DNA from: a virus
IMG/VR virus record: IMGVR_UViG_3300010354_000062
Coordinates: 14,328 to 78,327 of that record
Reading direction: 5' to 3' (one strand)
Length of the DNA stretch: 64,000 nt
Under the pieces are notes generated by a model. It saw only the letters and a list, made by a program, of their open reading frames with translations, was not told the DNA's origin and did not search any database. This document shows, piece by piece, positions 32,601 through 42,134 of this stretch (the first letter of the stretch is position 1; each line of letters opens with the position of its first letter). Made by a program: the position numbers and the translations under genes.

Positions 32601-33158
32601 ACAATTGCTCTAAGCGACCAGGTAAGTTATCCATGGTTTGCACCAGCAGGTACACGTCGTGGTGGTATTACTAACGCAACAAGTGTAGGTTATATTGACT
32701 CAGCAACAGGCGAATTTAACGTAGTTGCTCTAAACAACGGTCAGCGTGACACACTTTATGATCTAAAAGTTAACCCAATTCCATTCTTTGTTGGTGTTGG
32801 ACTAGTTGCTTATGGTCAAAAGACTCGTGCTAGAAATGCTAGTGCGTTAGATAGAATCAACGTAGCTCGTCTAGTTGTATATCTACGTAACCAACTAACA
32901 AAACTAGCTCGTCCATATGTGTTTGAACCAAACGATCAAATCACACGTGACGAAATCAAACAAGCAGTTGAGAGCTTATTACTAGAACTAGTAGGTCTAA
33001 GAGCTATCTATGACTTTGCTGTGGTCTGTGATGAGAGCAATAACACACCAGCTAGAATTGACCGCAATGAACTTTATGTAGACGTTGCAATTGAACCAAC
33101 TAAGGCAGTTGAATTCATCTACATTCCATTGCGTCTCAAGAATACCGGTGAAATTTAA
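29613..33158 (+). CDS. gp18: Tail sheath protein (T4 gp18-like), enlarged to 1181 aa
   Basis: MALISPGVEVTVIDES, PWFAPAG..RG, RDTLY...VNPI, GQKT, DRINVARL, FEPND..TR, VCDESNNTP..IDRNEL.VD.AIEP.K.VEFIYI. Late promoter at 29574-29579 and a GGAG RBS. Confidence 0.95.
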   Translation: MALISPGVEVTVIDESFYTPAEPGTVPLVVVATAENKLNGAGTAVASGTLESNVGRVFKVTSQRELVELFGAPFFEKTASGSPVHGGERNEYGLLAAYSLLGVSNAAFILRAGVNLNELEGQTDTPGATPDDGQWWFDTRSTTWGINEWNGAAIADGGQKFTAKTPLVLTDDDVDNIGTADAYFGTLGGAPKAAVGTIGDYCVVWQTVLESGTYSASKELARLWYKSAGNSALGISAGAWVLVGSPEWAASHPTAYSTAAITGSLTAGHQFTINGTTITAAATVAGTVSNINTAMNGSGITAVFKNSRVYIYSDGTSTAEGGDSTTVAGGTGGVVLANVGPNTPLATLQITAGTYMAPALAQQPHTSVPLFRRSDFGTTVNGRPTGSLWLKTTEPNNGARIRLKKYNASTSAWVAQDAPLYANPHAALYYLDRSGGGSNLGANVTFVQTNALEHVGSYDATTGALNGFDAPDETTASAVYRAWIRASGAETTITSKVVGSGTLAAGSSRSFTIKQSITGDLSLSAAATVTFNTAGTADDAFTIAAAINALEFVDSNGDAITNNVVASVSASNELIIKHKTAGDIRLHPGSGLNVIGTLFTVFDLEDGTGTANFYALTPTADATYGITEGAVDDYLVSLWKPMANIGFDAVGNEPLNEPADGQLWYNPSFGDVDIMIHNGTTWVGYLDSTSPFYSATASLKTDPAGPIVSATMPETQSDYTPLVNGDLWISTADLENFPTIYKFNPDVGTTLAARWVLLDKTDQTSEDGVLFADARAGTSGGTATQAPSGSIAELLSSNFLDFDAPDPDLYPKGMLLWNTRVSGGNVKKYNNNYVDLTADNPRMGDVSMGSYWPDRWTTASPNNEDGSGSFGRKAQRSCVVAALKSVVDTSLEVRDEERRNFNLISCPGYPELLSNLINLNLDRRVTAFVVGDTPLRLQADATSLTNWGTNANLAFDNGDDGIVTYDEYAAVWYPNGFTTDLSGTNAVVPASHMMLRTIALSDQVSYPWFAPAGTRRGGITNATSVGYIDSATGEFNVVALNNGQRDTLYDLKVNPIPFFVGVGLVAYGQKTRARNASALDRINVARLVVYLRNQLTKLARPYVFEPNDQITRDEIKQAVESLLLELVGLRAIYDFAVVCDESNNTPARIDRNELYVDVAIEPTKAVEFIYIPLRLKNTGEI

Positions 33159-33186
33159 TTGATAAATACTTTATCGGAGTAGAGAT

Positions 33187-33828
33187 ATGCCAATCACAAC
33201 ACTAACAAATCACAGTATTAACCCAGCTGGTGCAGGCACTAACACTGGTATGTTAATGCCTAAGCTAAAGTACCGCTTCCGTGTAACACTACTAGGATTT
33301 GGTACAGAGGCTAGCACAGAACTAACCAAGCAGGTTATTGATGTAACAAGACCAAAGGTTAGCTTTGAAGAGATTCCAATTGAAATCTACAATTCAAAGA
33401 TCAAACTAGCTGGCAAGTATACTTGGGAAAACATTACTCTTAATATCAGAGATGATGTCAGCAGCAATGTTATCAAACTTGTTGGTCAGCATATTCAGAA
33501 GCAATTTGACTTCCATGAGCAGGCAAGTGCTCGCGCTGGTGTAGACTATAAGTTTACCACACGTATTGAAGTATTAGACGGTGGCAACGGTGCAGCTAAT
33601 CCTGTAGTACTAGAAACTTGGCAGCTATATGGTTGCTTCCTACAGAATACTGACTACGGTGACCTAAACTATGCTACAAACGAACCAGCAACAGTGGCAT
33701 TAACTATCGTCTACGATAGCGCAGATAATAGTCCAGACGCAGTTGGTATTGAGGGTATTGGTACCGCAGGCGTAACAAGACCAACAGCAGTTGATGCTCT
33801 ATCAGTAGGTTCATCTGGTATCGCTTAA
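33187..33828 (+). CDS. gp19: Tail tube protein (T4 gp19-like)
   Basis: Follows the sheath. PKL.YRFRV, KLAGK.TWE.IT...RDD, W.L.GCF....YG.L.Y, I.YD. Late promoter at 33163-33168. Confidence 0.9.
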   Translation: MPITTLTNHSINPAGAGTNTGMLMPKLKYRFRVTLLGFGTEASTELTKQVIDVTRPKVSFEEIPIEIYNSKIKLAGKYTWENITLNIRDDVSSNVIKLVGQHIQKQFDFHEQASARAGVDYKFTTRIEVLDGGNGAANPVVLETWQLYGCFLQNTDYGDLNYATNEPATVALTIVYDSADNSPDAVGIEGIGTAGVTRPTAVDALSVGSSGIA

Positions 33829-33850
33829 GATACTTTATAAAAAATAAAAG

Positions 33851-33876
33851 AACCCGGATTTATTCCGGGTTTTTTT
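33851..33876 (+). terminator. Rho-independent terminator after the tail tube gene
   Basis: AACCCGGA-tttat-TCCGGGTT followed by a T run. Confidence 0.85.
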
Positions 33877-33892
33877 ATGACTAAATATTTGT

Positions 33893-34975
33893 ATGGCCAA
33901 TAAATTTACCAGATTCATTAATAACGTTGCCAAAGGTCCCAAAGGCGTTGTTTCTAATTTCAAACATGCTGAACGAATTTTTGTTGACAATTATTATAGA
34001 CTAGCACCACGAACAAGATTTCTTTATTACATTGTTCTACGAGGAGCAGATCAAGAAATCAGCCTACTGGTAAAAACAGCAGAGCTGCCAAAATATAGTT
34101 TTGATTCTGTAACTAAGAATGCCTATAACAGAACAAAACATGTTTATAAAAAGATGAATTATGATTCTGTTAACTTTACCTTTCACGATGACAATCAAGG
34201 TCTAGTTAATAAAATGTGGACTGAGTATTATAGCTATTATAACGACGATCAAGGCGGAACACAGTTATCACATCCTGTGAGCCTAGTGAATTTCAATTCA
34301 AGTTATGGTATGGGTTTTGCCTTACGAGAAAATTATTTTAAGAAAATTTCTCTCTACACATTAAGTCGTCAACGTTTTTTAGGCTATGAATTCTTAGCAC
34401 CAAGAATTAAAACATGGACGCACAGTCAATTAGATTATAACAGCAACGAACCTGCTGAAAATTCAATGACCATAGACTACGAAGGTGTAGTCTACAGCTC
34501 CGGAAGTGTCAGTTACGGTAGTCCTGACGGATTTGCCAGCCTAAGTTATGATGTTGTGCCAAGTCCAAACGTTCTTGGTGGAAACATAGGACTTGGTGGT
34601 GTACTTGGAGGAGTAGGTGACGTATTGGGTGGTATTGAATCTGTGTTTGGTGACATCACAAAGAAAAATATCAAGAAACGTCCAGGTGCATTTATCGCCG
34701 CTGCTATTGGTTCTGTAAATCAATATGCCAGAACTAATCCAGGAGCAGGCCAAAATTTCAAAGGTATTGCAGGAGAGCTAGCAAGCCCAAGTAATCAAAT
34801 TGGATTTGCAAATGTCATCGGTGGTGTAATTGGCACACAATTTCCTAAAGTTGGAAGCGGCTTAGGCAGAGCTATAGGTGCTGTTGCAGTAAGTAAATTG
34901 TTGCAGCCGTCGCCCACAGCTAACACATTCCCTCAGTCATCTGGTAATAATAGTAGACCTAAAACAGGACCATGA
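33893..34975 (+). CDS. Tube-fold baseplate protein (gp48/gp54-like tube initiator)
   Basis: LLVK.AELPK.SF....N.YNR, Y..V..TFHDD, LDY...E....MTIDYE (tube-like), with a Gly-rich tail. Confidence 0.6.
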   Translation: MANKFTRFINNVAKGPKGVVSNFKHAERIFVDNYYRLAPRTRFLYYIVLRGADQEISLLVKTAELPKYSFDSVTKNAYNRTKHVYKKMNYDSVNFTFHDDNQGLVNKMWTEYYSYYNDDQGGTQLSHPVSLVNFNSSYGMGFALRENYFKKISLYTLSRQRFLGYEFLAPRIKTWTHSQLDYNSNEPAENSMTIDYEGVVYSSGSVSYGSPDGFASLSYDVVPSPNVLGGNIGLGGVLGGVGDVLGGIESVFGDITKKNIKKRPGAFIAAAIGSVNQYARTNPGAGQNFKGIAGELASPSNQIGFANVIGGVIGTQFPKVGSGLGRAIGAVAVSKLLQPSPTANTFPQSSGNNSRPKTGP

Positions 34976-35352
34976 GCAATACACCAGTTATAAATTTACC
35001 ACCAGTTGATAAGATAGATAGTGCAGCTGGAACAAAACTGTTTTTTGATAGTTACGGCCAACAGCCGTTGGAATTTTCAGCCAACGAAGTAAATGCTACT
35101 ATAGGTTTCTTCTTATCTAAAGGTTTTGAAGACGACGCCGCCAAAGTAACAGCGGCCACACTTCTGCGTCAGGCTAAGATTGACGGGGTGAAAATTTTTG
35201 AAATACTAGATCAATTCAAAGAATTTGAAGGGCTAGAATTAAGTTCAGTGATAGCTCAAATTTTAAATAGATATAGGTTAAACACTTCTACACTGGGCTA
35301 TAGAGCAGTAACAGTAGCCAAACCAAATCAAACAAGAAACATTCTACCATAA
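34972..35352 (+). CDS. Hypothetical protein (tail/baseplate region)
   Basis: 126 aa, overlaps both neighbours. Confidence 0.55.
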   Translation: MSNTPVINLPPVDKIDSAAGTKLFFDSYGQQPLEFSANEVNATIGFFLSKGFEDDAAKVTAATLLRQAKIDGVKIFEILDQFKEFEGLELSSVIAQILNRYRLNTSTLGYRAVTVAKPNQTRNILP

Positions 35353-35792
35353 TGGCAAAGTTTGCGCAGGGTCGTTTTGAAATGAAAAACCCTAGCAAAT
35401 ACGTAGGGAAAAAAACTCCCTTAGCTCGTAGTTCATGGGAATTTGTTTTCATGAGAATGCTAGATGAACATCCAGGCGTACAAAATTGGGCTAGCGAAAG
35501 TATTCAGATTCCCTATAGAGATCCGTTAACAGGGCGTAATACAATTTATGTACCTGATTTTTTTATTGTTTACGTTGATAAAAATCAAGGCAAACATGCT
35601 GAAGTTGTTGAAGTCAAACCAGCTAGTCAAACTCTACGTGAAGCTGTTGGTAAAAGCCGTTACAATCAAGAACAATATGTAAAAAATATGGCTAAGTGGG
35701 AAGCCGCCAATGCATGGTGTAAACAGCAGGGCATTAAGTTTCGTGTTGTAAACGAGTCAGACATTTTCCATACTGGCTCAAAGCGTAGATAA
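35352..35792 (+). CDS. gp4: Head completion nuclease (T4 gp4-like)
   Basis: G.F..KNP.KY.G, RSSWE..FM..LD, W.SE.I.IPY, Y.PDF, EVKP, N.AKW.AA. Confidence 0.9.
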   Translation: MAKFAQGRFEMKNPSKYVGKKTPLARSSWEFVFMRMLDEHPGVQNWASESIQIPYRDPLTGRNTIYVPDFFIVYVDKNQGKHAEVVEVKPASQTLREAVGKSRYNQEQYVKNMAKWEAANAWCKQQGIKFRVVNESDIFHTGSKRR

Positions 35793-35800
35793 GTATTTTG

Positions 35801-36433
35801 ATGTTTACTGTTGAAAAGAAAATGTTAGGAGCAGATCCTTTATTGGAAGGTTTATTGCTGCCAGATAACATAGAAGAAATTTACGCAGAAATAATTCAAC
35901 GAAGGAATGAAATATATCCAAATTGTTTCAGCGTGGATAATGACAGTGATTACGACTATATAACTACAGATTGGTATACATATCATGATTATGTCTGTGT
36001 TGAGAAGTTTCCAAAATTAAAATTTATTTTTCCTTATATTGCACAGAGTCTAGCACTTATGGGCGATGATTATAAAGATTATTATTTCAAAAGCTGGATA
36101 AACATTTGGCCTCAGGGACAAAGTATTGGCCTGCATACACATTACGGTGTATGGCATGGATATTTTGTAATTAAAGATACAGAAACAACTACTTACTATT
36201 GGCCTAAAGGAGCAGTTGAGCCAATACCATTCAAAAATTGTGATGGACACTATATGTTTATGTCAGCTAAAATTCCGCACATGGCGCAGACCAATCCTGA
36301 TACAAAATTACGAGTAAGCATGGGTTTTAATATATCAGATTGGAATGAAGTTCTAAGAGAAGAAAAAAATAACGCTCACGGTAGAGGGCCTAAAATACGT
36401 AATGTAATAGTTCCACTAAAGGAATATCTATGA
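35801..36433 (+). CDS. Putative 2OG-Fe(II) oxygenase-like protein
   Basis: SWINIW..G..I..HTH...HGYF, distal PH, RVSMGFN. Start moved to the ATG 5 nt after TAAGTA. Confidence 0.55.
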   Translation: MFTVEKKMLGADPLLEGLLLPDNIEEIYAEIIQRRNEIYPNCFSVDNDSDYDYITTDWYTYHDYVCVEKFPKLKFIFPYIAQSLALMGDDYKDYYFKSWINIWPQGQSIGLHTHYGVWHGYFVIKDTETTTYYWPKGAVEPIPFKNCDGHYMFMSAKIPHMAQTNPDTKLRVSMGFNISDWNEVLREEKNNAHGRGPKIRNVIVPLKEYL

Positions 36434-36918
36434 CTAAAAAACTTGAAGAATTGTTTAATTTAGAAGACCGTGAGAAAAACACAGTACCTAAAGAAATAAA
36501 TGAAGAAATAGTAGAAAAAGCTAGAGAGGTAAAATCTATTAACGAAAGCCTTGCTGCTGCTAATCAAATAGCGCAGGGTTTACCGCAGATCAATGAACTT
36601 AATGATCTAAATGATCAAGAGTTAGATGAACTAGCAGACAAAGCAGAAAAAGCCTACGACGACTTAATGGATCTAGGTATGAATGTAGAAGTAAGGTACA
36701 GCGGGCGTATTTTTGAAGTAGCTGCAAGTATGATGGGCCATGCAATAACAGCTAAATCTAATAAGATTGAAAAAAAACTCAAAGCCATTGATCTACAGTT
36801 AAAGAAGTTAAAAATTGACAATGATTCTGGCGCAGATCCTAATAATGTTATAAATGGACAGGGCTACGTTATTACAGATCGCAATGAGCTGATTAAAAAA
36901 CTTGGTGGAAAAGCATAA
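36430..36918 (+). CDS. Probable terminase small subunit (gp16-like)
   Basis: Helical protein with R.FEVA..M and a terminal DRNELIK, upstream of the large terminase. Confidence 0.55.
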   Translation: MTKKLEELFNLEDREKNTVPKEINEEIVEKAREVKSINESLAAANQIAQGLPQINELNDLNDQELDELADKAEKAYDDLMDLGMNVEVRYSGRIFEVAASMMGHAITAKSNKIEKKLKAIDLQLKKLKIDNDSGADPNNVINGQGYVITDRNELIKKLGGKA

Positions 36919-36926
36919 ATATAGCT

Positions 36927-37499
36927 ATGAAGACTCTAAAAGAATATCTCGCCGAAAGCAAAAAGAACTTTAGCTTTAAGGTTAAAGTTGCAGGAGATCT
37001 ACCTGAAGCATTTCAGGAAAATCTAAAACAAACATTGGAAAGATGTAAGGTCCTTAAACTTGAAAAAACTCATACAACAGCTATTCAAGCTCTGCCTTTA
37101 GACTTTCCAACATTGAAGAACGTAGAAGTTCATGTGTTTGAAGTTCTATGTGAATATCCTATTACAGCACCAGAGATTGCCAATGATATAAAATCTATGG
37201 GTGTTAGAGAAGAATGTTTCAGAGTGAGAGGCAGTGGTGAACCTACTGAAATTGAACAGGCAACAATGGGTGAAATACTGAATCCCGATGGCTTGTTAAA
37301 TGATCGTGCATATAAAGAGTCAACTAACGCTAAACACAAAGATTATTTTGGCGATGATTTTAATAAGTCATTTTTAAAAGATCTAGAAAAATCAGCAAAA
37401 CAAAAAAAGAAAGATCAAACCGGGCCAACTGAATACAAGCTGCCCAAGGCCAAAGAAGATAAATTGGGTCTTAAAAGCGCCGTGGGGAGTACAAAATGA
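36927..37499 (+). CDS. Probable internal head protein
   Basis: N-terminal MKTLKEYLAE resembles the T4 capsid-targeting sequence. Late promoter present. Confidence 0.5.
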   Translation: MKTLKEYLAESKKNFSFKVKVAGDLPEAFQENLKQTLERCKVLKLEKTHTTAIQALPLDFPTLKNVEVHVFEVLCEYPITAPEIANDIKSMGVREECFRVRGSGEPTEIEQATMGEILNPDGLLNDRAYKESTNAKHKDYFGDDFNKSFLKDLEKSAKQKKKDQTGPTEYKLPKAKEDKLGLKSAVGSTK

Positions 37500-38386
37500 A
37501 TTTCAAAGATCTATTAACTAGAATGCAACAGTTAGATGCCCCTGCTACTCCGGTAGCAGAAAAGGCCGTAGGTGAATGCGGTGATACAATGCCAGGACCA
37601 AGTCCAATGATGCCAAAACCAGATACACCACCGCCAAGTCTAAGCATTAATATGAATGCACAAGGCATGGATGATATTGCAGACATTATGAAATTAATTG
37701 CCAAAGTCAATCCCGATATGGAGAAACCAATGTCGCCTCCTATGCCAGGTATGGGCATTGATCCTATCAGTGTAACAGCAGTTAAACCACTTGCTCCTTC
37801 ACTTCCTCCTTTAAATATGTTACCAGATTTAGACAGTGAACCACATTCTGAACCTGATGCAGACAACATGGGCGGTCCAAGCGATATGGATGCTGACAAT
37901 ATGCCCAATGGTATGGACGGCGTAAGCAAGGCACAGGGAGATCAGGACAACGACGGCGACCATGACATGGATGATCATGACATTGAACCAAAAGATGACG
38001 ATAAGGGCGATGACACAGACGATGAGAAAAAAGAATGGGCCAATGATCCTGATCCAGAATTGCAAGACACTGACTTTATGGTAAACAAGCTAGCCGGTGG
38101 ATTGAATAAGCCTAAACAAATGACACCGCATGGATACAAACAAGGAGATAATCCTTTGGCTATGACTAAAGAATCTCTAAGACAAAGTATTAAAACTGAG
38201 CTAGCACAAAGATTAGAAGAAGCTAAGAAAAGTTATAGTGCTAAAGCTGCCCGTGCAGGTAAAGACATTGGCAAACCAGGAAAACAATTTTCAAAAATTG
38301 CTAAAGATGCAGGCGAACGATATGGTTCTAAAGAGCGAGGCGAAAAAGTTGCTGGCGCTGTCTTAGCTAAATTACGTAACAAATAA
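37496..38386 (+). CDS. Low-complexity Pro/Met/Asp-rich probable internal head protein
   Basis: Disordered composition, DQDNDGDHD motif, basic C-terminal KDIGKPGK module. Confidence 0.55.
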   Translation: MNFKDLLTRMQQLDAPATPVAEKAVGECGDTMPGPSPMMPKPDTPPPSLSINMNAQGMDDIADIMKLIAKVNPDMEKPMSPPMPGMGIDPISVTAVKPLAPSLPPLNMLPDLDSEPHSEPDADNMGGPSDMDADNMPNGMDGVSKAQGDQDNDGDHDMDDHDIEPKDDDKGDDTDDEKKEWANDPDPELQDTDFMVNKLAGGLNKPKQMTPHGYKQGDNPLAMTKESLRQSIKTELAQRLEEAKKSYSAKAARAGKDIGKPGKQFSKIAKDAGERYGSKERGEKVAGAVLAKLRNK

Positions 38387-38396
38387 GGAGATTTAG

Positions 38397-38753
38397 ATGG
38401 GTGCCGTAACAAGAATTCATGGTTTAAGAAATACTGTTGGTACATTGTACATGGATAACTGCAATATGTTTGTTATTCAAGTTCAAAACCAAGCCAACTC
38501 TAATAGAGACTTAAGAGCAGAAGATGACGCCATTGATGAAGCAGTTGAATATCTAGTAAAAGAATTAAATCCTTTGGCATTTTTTGTTGTAGATGATGCT
38601 ACTGGTTTAGTCTATGTTGTAATGGATAAAAACATTAACAGCGCAAGTGAATTACAAACCCGCATTAGAAATATGGGGTCAGCAGTTGGTGCAAATAGCA
38701 TTGATTTCAGAGGTACAGACGTTACTTTGGCTACGTCATTAACATTAGCCTAA
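38397..38753 (+). CDS. Small probable virion (head decoration-like) protein
   Basis: Strong AAGGAG RBS, followed by a terminator, 118 aa. Confidence 0.45.
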   Translation: MGAVTRIHGLRNTVGTLYMDNCNMFVIQVQNQANSNRDLRAEDDAIDEAVEYLVKELNPLAFFVVDDATGLVYVVMDKNINSASELQTRIRNMGSAVGANSIDFRGTDVTLATSLTLA

Positions 38754-38764
38754 AAAACTAACCC

Positions 38765-38792
38765 AAATAGGCCCTACGGGGCCTATTTTTTT
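38765..38792 (+). terminator. Rho-independent terminator
   Basis: AAATAGGCCC-tacg-GGGCCTATTT followed by more Ts. Confidence 0.85.
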
Positions 38793-38806
38793 GGTTAAAT
38801 ATTTGC

Positions 38807-40393
38807 ATGGGAAAAAGTCTTGACGGCGTATTAATTAAAAAAGCTCATGCGCCTTTACGTTATACATTAGAAGAAATACGTCACCTTGAAGCGTGTATGG
38901 ATCCTATCACAGGTCCATTGTATTTCTGTAGAAATTTTTTAAAAATACAACATCCTGTTAAGGGATCGATTCCGTTTGACCCATACGGTTATCAAGTTGG
39001 ATTGATTGAAGCATATACAAAACACAAACAATGTGTAGCCATGTTACCGCGTCAGATGGGCAAGACAACGTGTGCTGTTGGATATCTATTATGGTACACT
39101 CAATTTGTACCAGATGCACAGGTATTAATTGCTGCACACAAATACGACGGCGCTAAAGATATCATGGACCGTTATCGTTTTGCCTACGAGAACTTGCCAG
39201 ACTTTATTAGAGCAGGTGTTATTACCTATAATAGAAATACCATTGAATATGACAACGGTGCAAGAATACAGGCAACAACTACTACTGAAAATACTGGTCG
39301 TGGTAAGTCACTATCATTAATTTACTGTGATGAGTTTGCATTTGTGCAGCCGCCAGAAAAAGCTAAAGAATTCTGGACTGCTCTTTCGCCAACATTGGCT
39401 ACTGGTGGTAAGTGTATTATTACATCTACACCTAACTCAGACGAGGATCAATTTGCGCTAATTTGGACAGAAGCAAATAAAAAGTTTGATGAATATGGCA
39501 ATGAAGCAGAGCTTGGTCAAAACGGTTTCTTTCCTTACTTTGCACATTGGTCAGAACATCCAGACCGAGACGAAAAATGGGCAAGGGTAGAACAAGCTAA
39601 GATTGGAGAAGAGAGATTTCGTAGAGAGTTTGAATGCGAATTCTTAATCTTTGACGAAACTTTAATTAATTCTGTTAGATTGGCAGAATTTGAAGGCAAA
39701 GATCCCGTAATGACTATGGGTCAGACACGTTGGTACAAGGAAATTGATCCAAGATTTACATATCTTGTAGCACTTGATCCTAGCTTAGGAACAGGTGGCG
39801 ATTATGCTGGTATACAGGTCTTTGAAATGCCAAGCATGGAACAGGTTGCAGAATGGCGGCATAATCTAACACCTGTGCAATCGCAAGTTAAACACCTGCG
39901 GGAAATATTAAAGTACATAAGTGAACGTGGACAGGAGTTAGGCGGTACTCCTCAGGTTTATTACAGCATAGAAAATAACACACTTGGTGAGGCTGCTCTC
40001 GTGGTCATTAACAATATAGGAGAGGAGAACTTTCCTGGACTGTTCTTAAGCGAACCTATACGTAAGGGACATGTAAGAAAATTCCGTAAGGGATTTAACA
40101 CAACGCATAGAACTAAGATAACTGCATGTAGCCAACTCAAGCATATGCTTGAACAGCGTAAGATGATTATATATAGTAAACCCCTAATTTCAGAACTAAA
40201 AACGTTCGTAGCCCACGGTGTTGGATTTGGAGCAAAAACAGGTGAACACGATGATCTAGTATCTGCTTGCCTATTAATTATTAGAATGGCTCAGATTCTA
40301 AGCGATTGGGATCCTAAGATCTACGAAAAAATGACTGAAAAACTTACAGAAGACCAATTGCCAATGCCTATCTTTGTAAGCAGCGGTTATTGA
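38807..40393 (+). CDS. gp17: Terminase large subunit
   Basis: PRQMGKTT Walker A, GRG.S, IYCDEFAF Walker B, ITSTPN, LDPS.G.GGDY, IENN, HDDLV. No intein seen. Confidence 0.95.
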   Translation: MGKSLDGVLIKKAHAPLRYTLEEIRHLEACMDPITGPLYFCRNFLKIQHPVKGSIPFDPYGYQVGLIEAYTKHKQCVAMLPRQMGKTTCAVGYLLWYTQFVPDAQVLIAAHKYDGAKDIMDRYRFAYENLPDFIRAGVITYNRNTIEYDNGARIQATTTTENTGRGKSLSLIYCDEFAFVQPPEKAKEFWTALSPTLATGGKCIITSTPNSDEDQFALIWTEANKKFDEYGNEAELGQNGFFPYFAHWSEHPDRDEKWARVEQAKIGEERFRREFECEFLIFDETLINSVRLAEFEGKDPVMTMGQTRWYKEIDPRFTYLVALDPSLGTGGDYAGIQVFEMPSMEQVAEWRHNLTPVQSQVKHLREILKYISERGQELGGTPQVYYSIENNTLGEAALVVINNIGEENFPGLFLSEPIRKGHVRKFRKGFNTTHRTKITACSQLKHMLEQRKMIIYSKPLISELKTFVAHGVGFGAKTGEHDDLVSACLLIIRMAQILSDWDPKIYEKMTEKLTEDQLPMPIFVSSGY

Positions 40394-40404
40394 TAAATAT
40401 AACT

Positions 40405-42132
40405 ATGGACGCTACCAATAACATTGCTACGGATTTATTTTATAAAATACGCAGTAGATTCACCGGGTTGAAACTTGGTGATGCTACAGGTGCCATTACA
40501 ATTAATCCAGAAGAAGCACGTTTTTTTGATTTTGATTACTCAGATAAAAAAACTGCTATAGGACACGTAAGTATTAGTCTTGCGGAAAATAACAGTTTAA
40601 AAGTTTATTTCAGTACCGGTATTACAGAATCAATGGATCCGGGACAAAAACAAAATTGGTACGGATTTTTAAGAGAATTAAGAGCGTTTGCAAAGCGTAG
40701 ACTTATGAGCTTTGATACAAGAGATATTTCTAAAGATAATTTAGATCAAAGAGATTATGCGTTTCTCAGTCAGCATAATCAACCAAAGCCACAACCAAAT
40801 ACAATATTAAAACCCGTTGGAGAAGGTATTATGAGCGAAAGCGCCATGTACGGAAGTAAAAATGTAAGTTTCCAGAAACTAATGGATACACGTCTTATTA
40901 TTAAACATAGCAAGGCAGTAATGGATGATACAAATCCAGGTGCTAGAGCACGTAATATTTCAGCTCTGTTTGTTGAAAATCAAGACGGAGAAAGATTCAA
41001 GTATCCGTTTATTCATCTAGCAGGAGCCCGTGCCATGCAGCGTCATGTTGCCAATGGTGGATTACCTTACGATGATGTTGGTAAAAGTATTGTTGGCATG
41101 AGTGAAGAGATTGCACAGTTAAAAAGTTTTGGCAATTACATTGTTCGTAACGATCTTATGAACAGTATGAATAACGGCATAGTAGAAAAAAGCACATCAT
41201 ACCTTAATAATTTAAGAGAAACAATTAAAAATCTTTCAAAGCAAAGTCATTACGAAAATTATAAAAATTCTTTTGTTCCTACAGAACAAACTGAAGTGCC
41301 ACAAGAAGTAATTGAACAGTTCACTGACCAATTTACAGTCAGAAATTTCAAAGAAGATGTCAAATCAGTTTTTCCAGTATTATATAGATTAATGAAAGAA
41401 GATGAAATAGGCTACGACGACATAGTCGAAATGACAGCTCAAGAAGCAGCCGATGAAATTGAAATTAAAACATTTGACCCATTTGCTAAATTTGAACAAT
41501 GGGCAATGGAATTAGGTGAAGAAAGTGCAATAACTAGCGAAGACGCAGATGAAAAAGCACAGGCTATTTCAGAATTACAAGAATTAGTAGGGCAACATTT
41601 TCCAGCAGGAGTTGATGGCTCAAACGCTATCGAAAGCCTAAAGGGAATTATTGATGATCCGCAACTATTCATGCAAATCAAAGAAGCAAGCAAACAAGAC
41701 CCGGATACATGTGTAAGAGGAATTGTAAAAGATTGGTTAGAATCAAATGCACCAGACACATTAGAACAACTTGATTTTGGTGATTTTGTAGAAGAACCAG
41801 TAGCAGGCGAAGAACAACCTCCACAGGAACAAAGTTCGCAGCCATCTGCAGAACAGAGTCCACTTAGCCAAGACAATACAGATGAAAAATTTGATAATCA
41901 AATGGATAAGAGATTAGATGTAGGAGCTCTTGCAGAATATCTCCACAGTTTCTACGATCGTGATTCAGGCACGTTTCCAAAAGGCCCAGAAGGCATTGCA
42001 ATCATGGTAGGCAAAAAGTTTGGCGAACAGGCAGAACATGTTGCTCGTAAAATGATGGAAAGAATGGCACCTCAACAACAAGATCCAACTATGATGGAAT
42101 TAAGTAGGATCCGAGAATTGGCAGGATTCTAA
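40405..42132 (+). CDS. Large hypothetical late protein (possible internal head protein)
   Basis: Start moved to the ATG 5 nt after TAAATA (40394-40399). Acidic C-terminal half ending ELSRIRELAGF. Confidence 0.6.
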   Translation: MDATNNIATDLFYKIRSRFTGLKLGDATGAITINPEEARFFDFDYSDKKTAIGHVSISLAENNSLKVYFSTGITESMDPGQKQNWYGFLRELRAFAKRRLMSFDTRDISKDNLDQRDYAFLSQHNQPKPQPNTILKPVGEGIMSESAMYGSKNVSFQKLMDTRLIIKHSKAVMDDTNPGARARNISALFVENQDGERFKYPFIHLAGARAMQRHVANGGLPYDDVGKSIVGMSEEIAQLKSFGNYIVRNDLMNSMNNGIVEKSTSYLNNLRETIKNLSKQSHYENYKNSFVPTEQTEVPQEVIEQFTDQFTVRNFKEDVKSVFPVLYRLMKEDEIGYDDIVEMTAQEAADEIEIKTFDPFAKFEQWAMELGEESAITSEDADEKAQAISELQELVGQHFPAGVDGSNAIESLKGIIDDPQLFMQIKEASKQDPDTCVRGIVKDWLESNAPDTLEQLDFGDFVEEPVAGEEQPPQEQSSQPSAEQSPLSQDNTDEKFDNQMDKRLDVGALAEYLHSFYDRDSGTFPKGPEGIAIMVGKKFGEQAEHVARKMMERMAPQQQDPTMMELSRIRELAGF

Positions 42133-42134
42133 AC

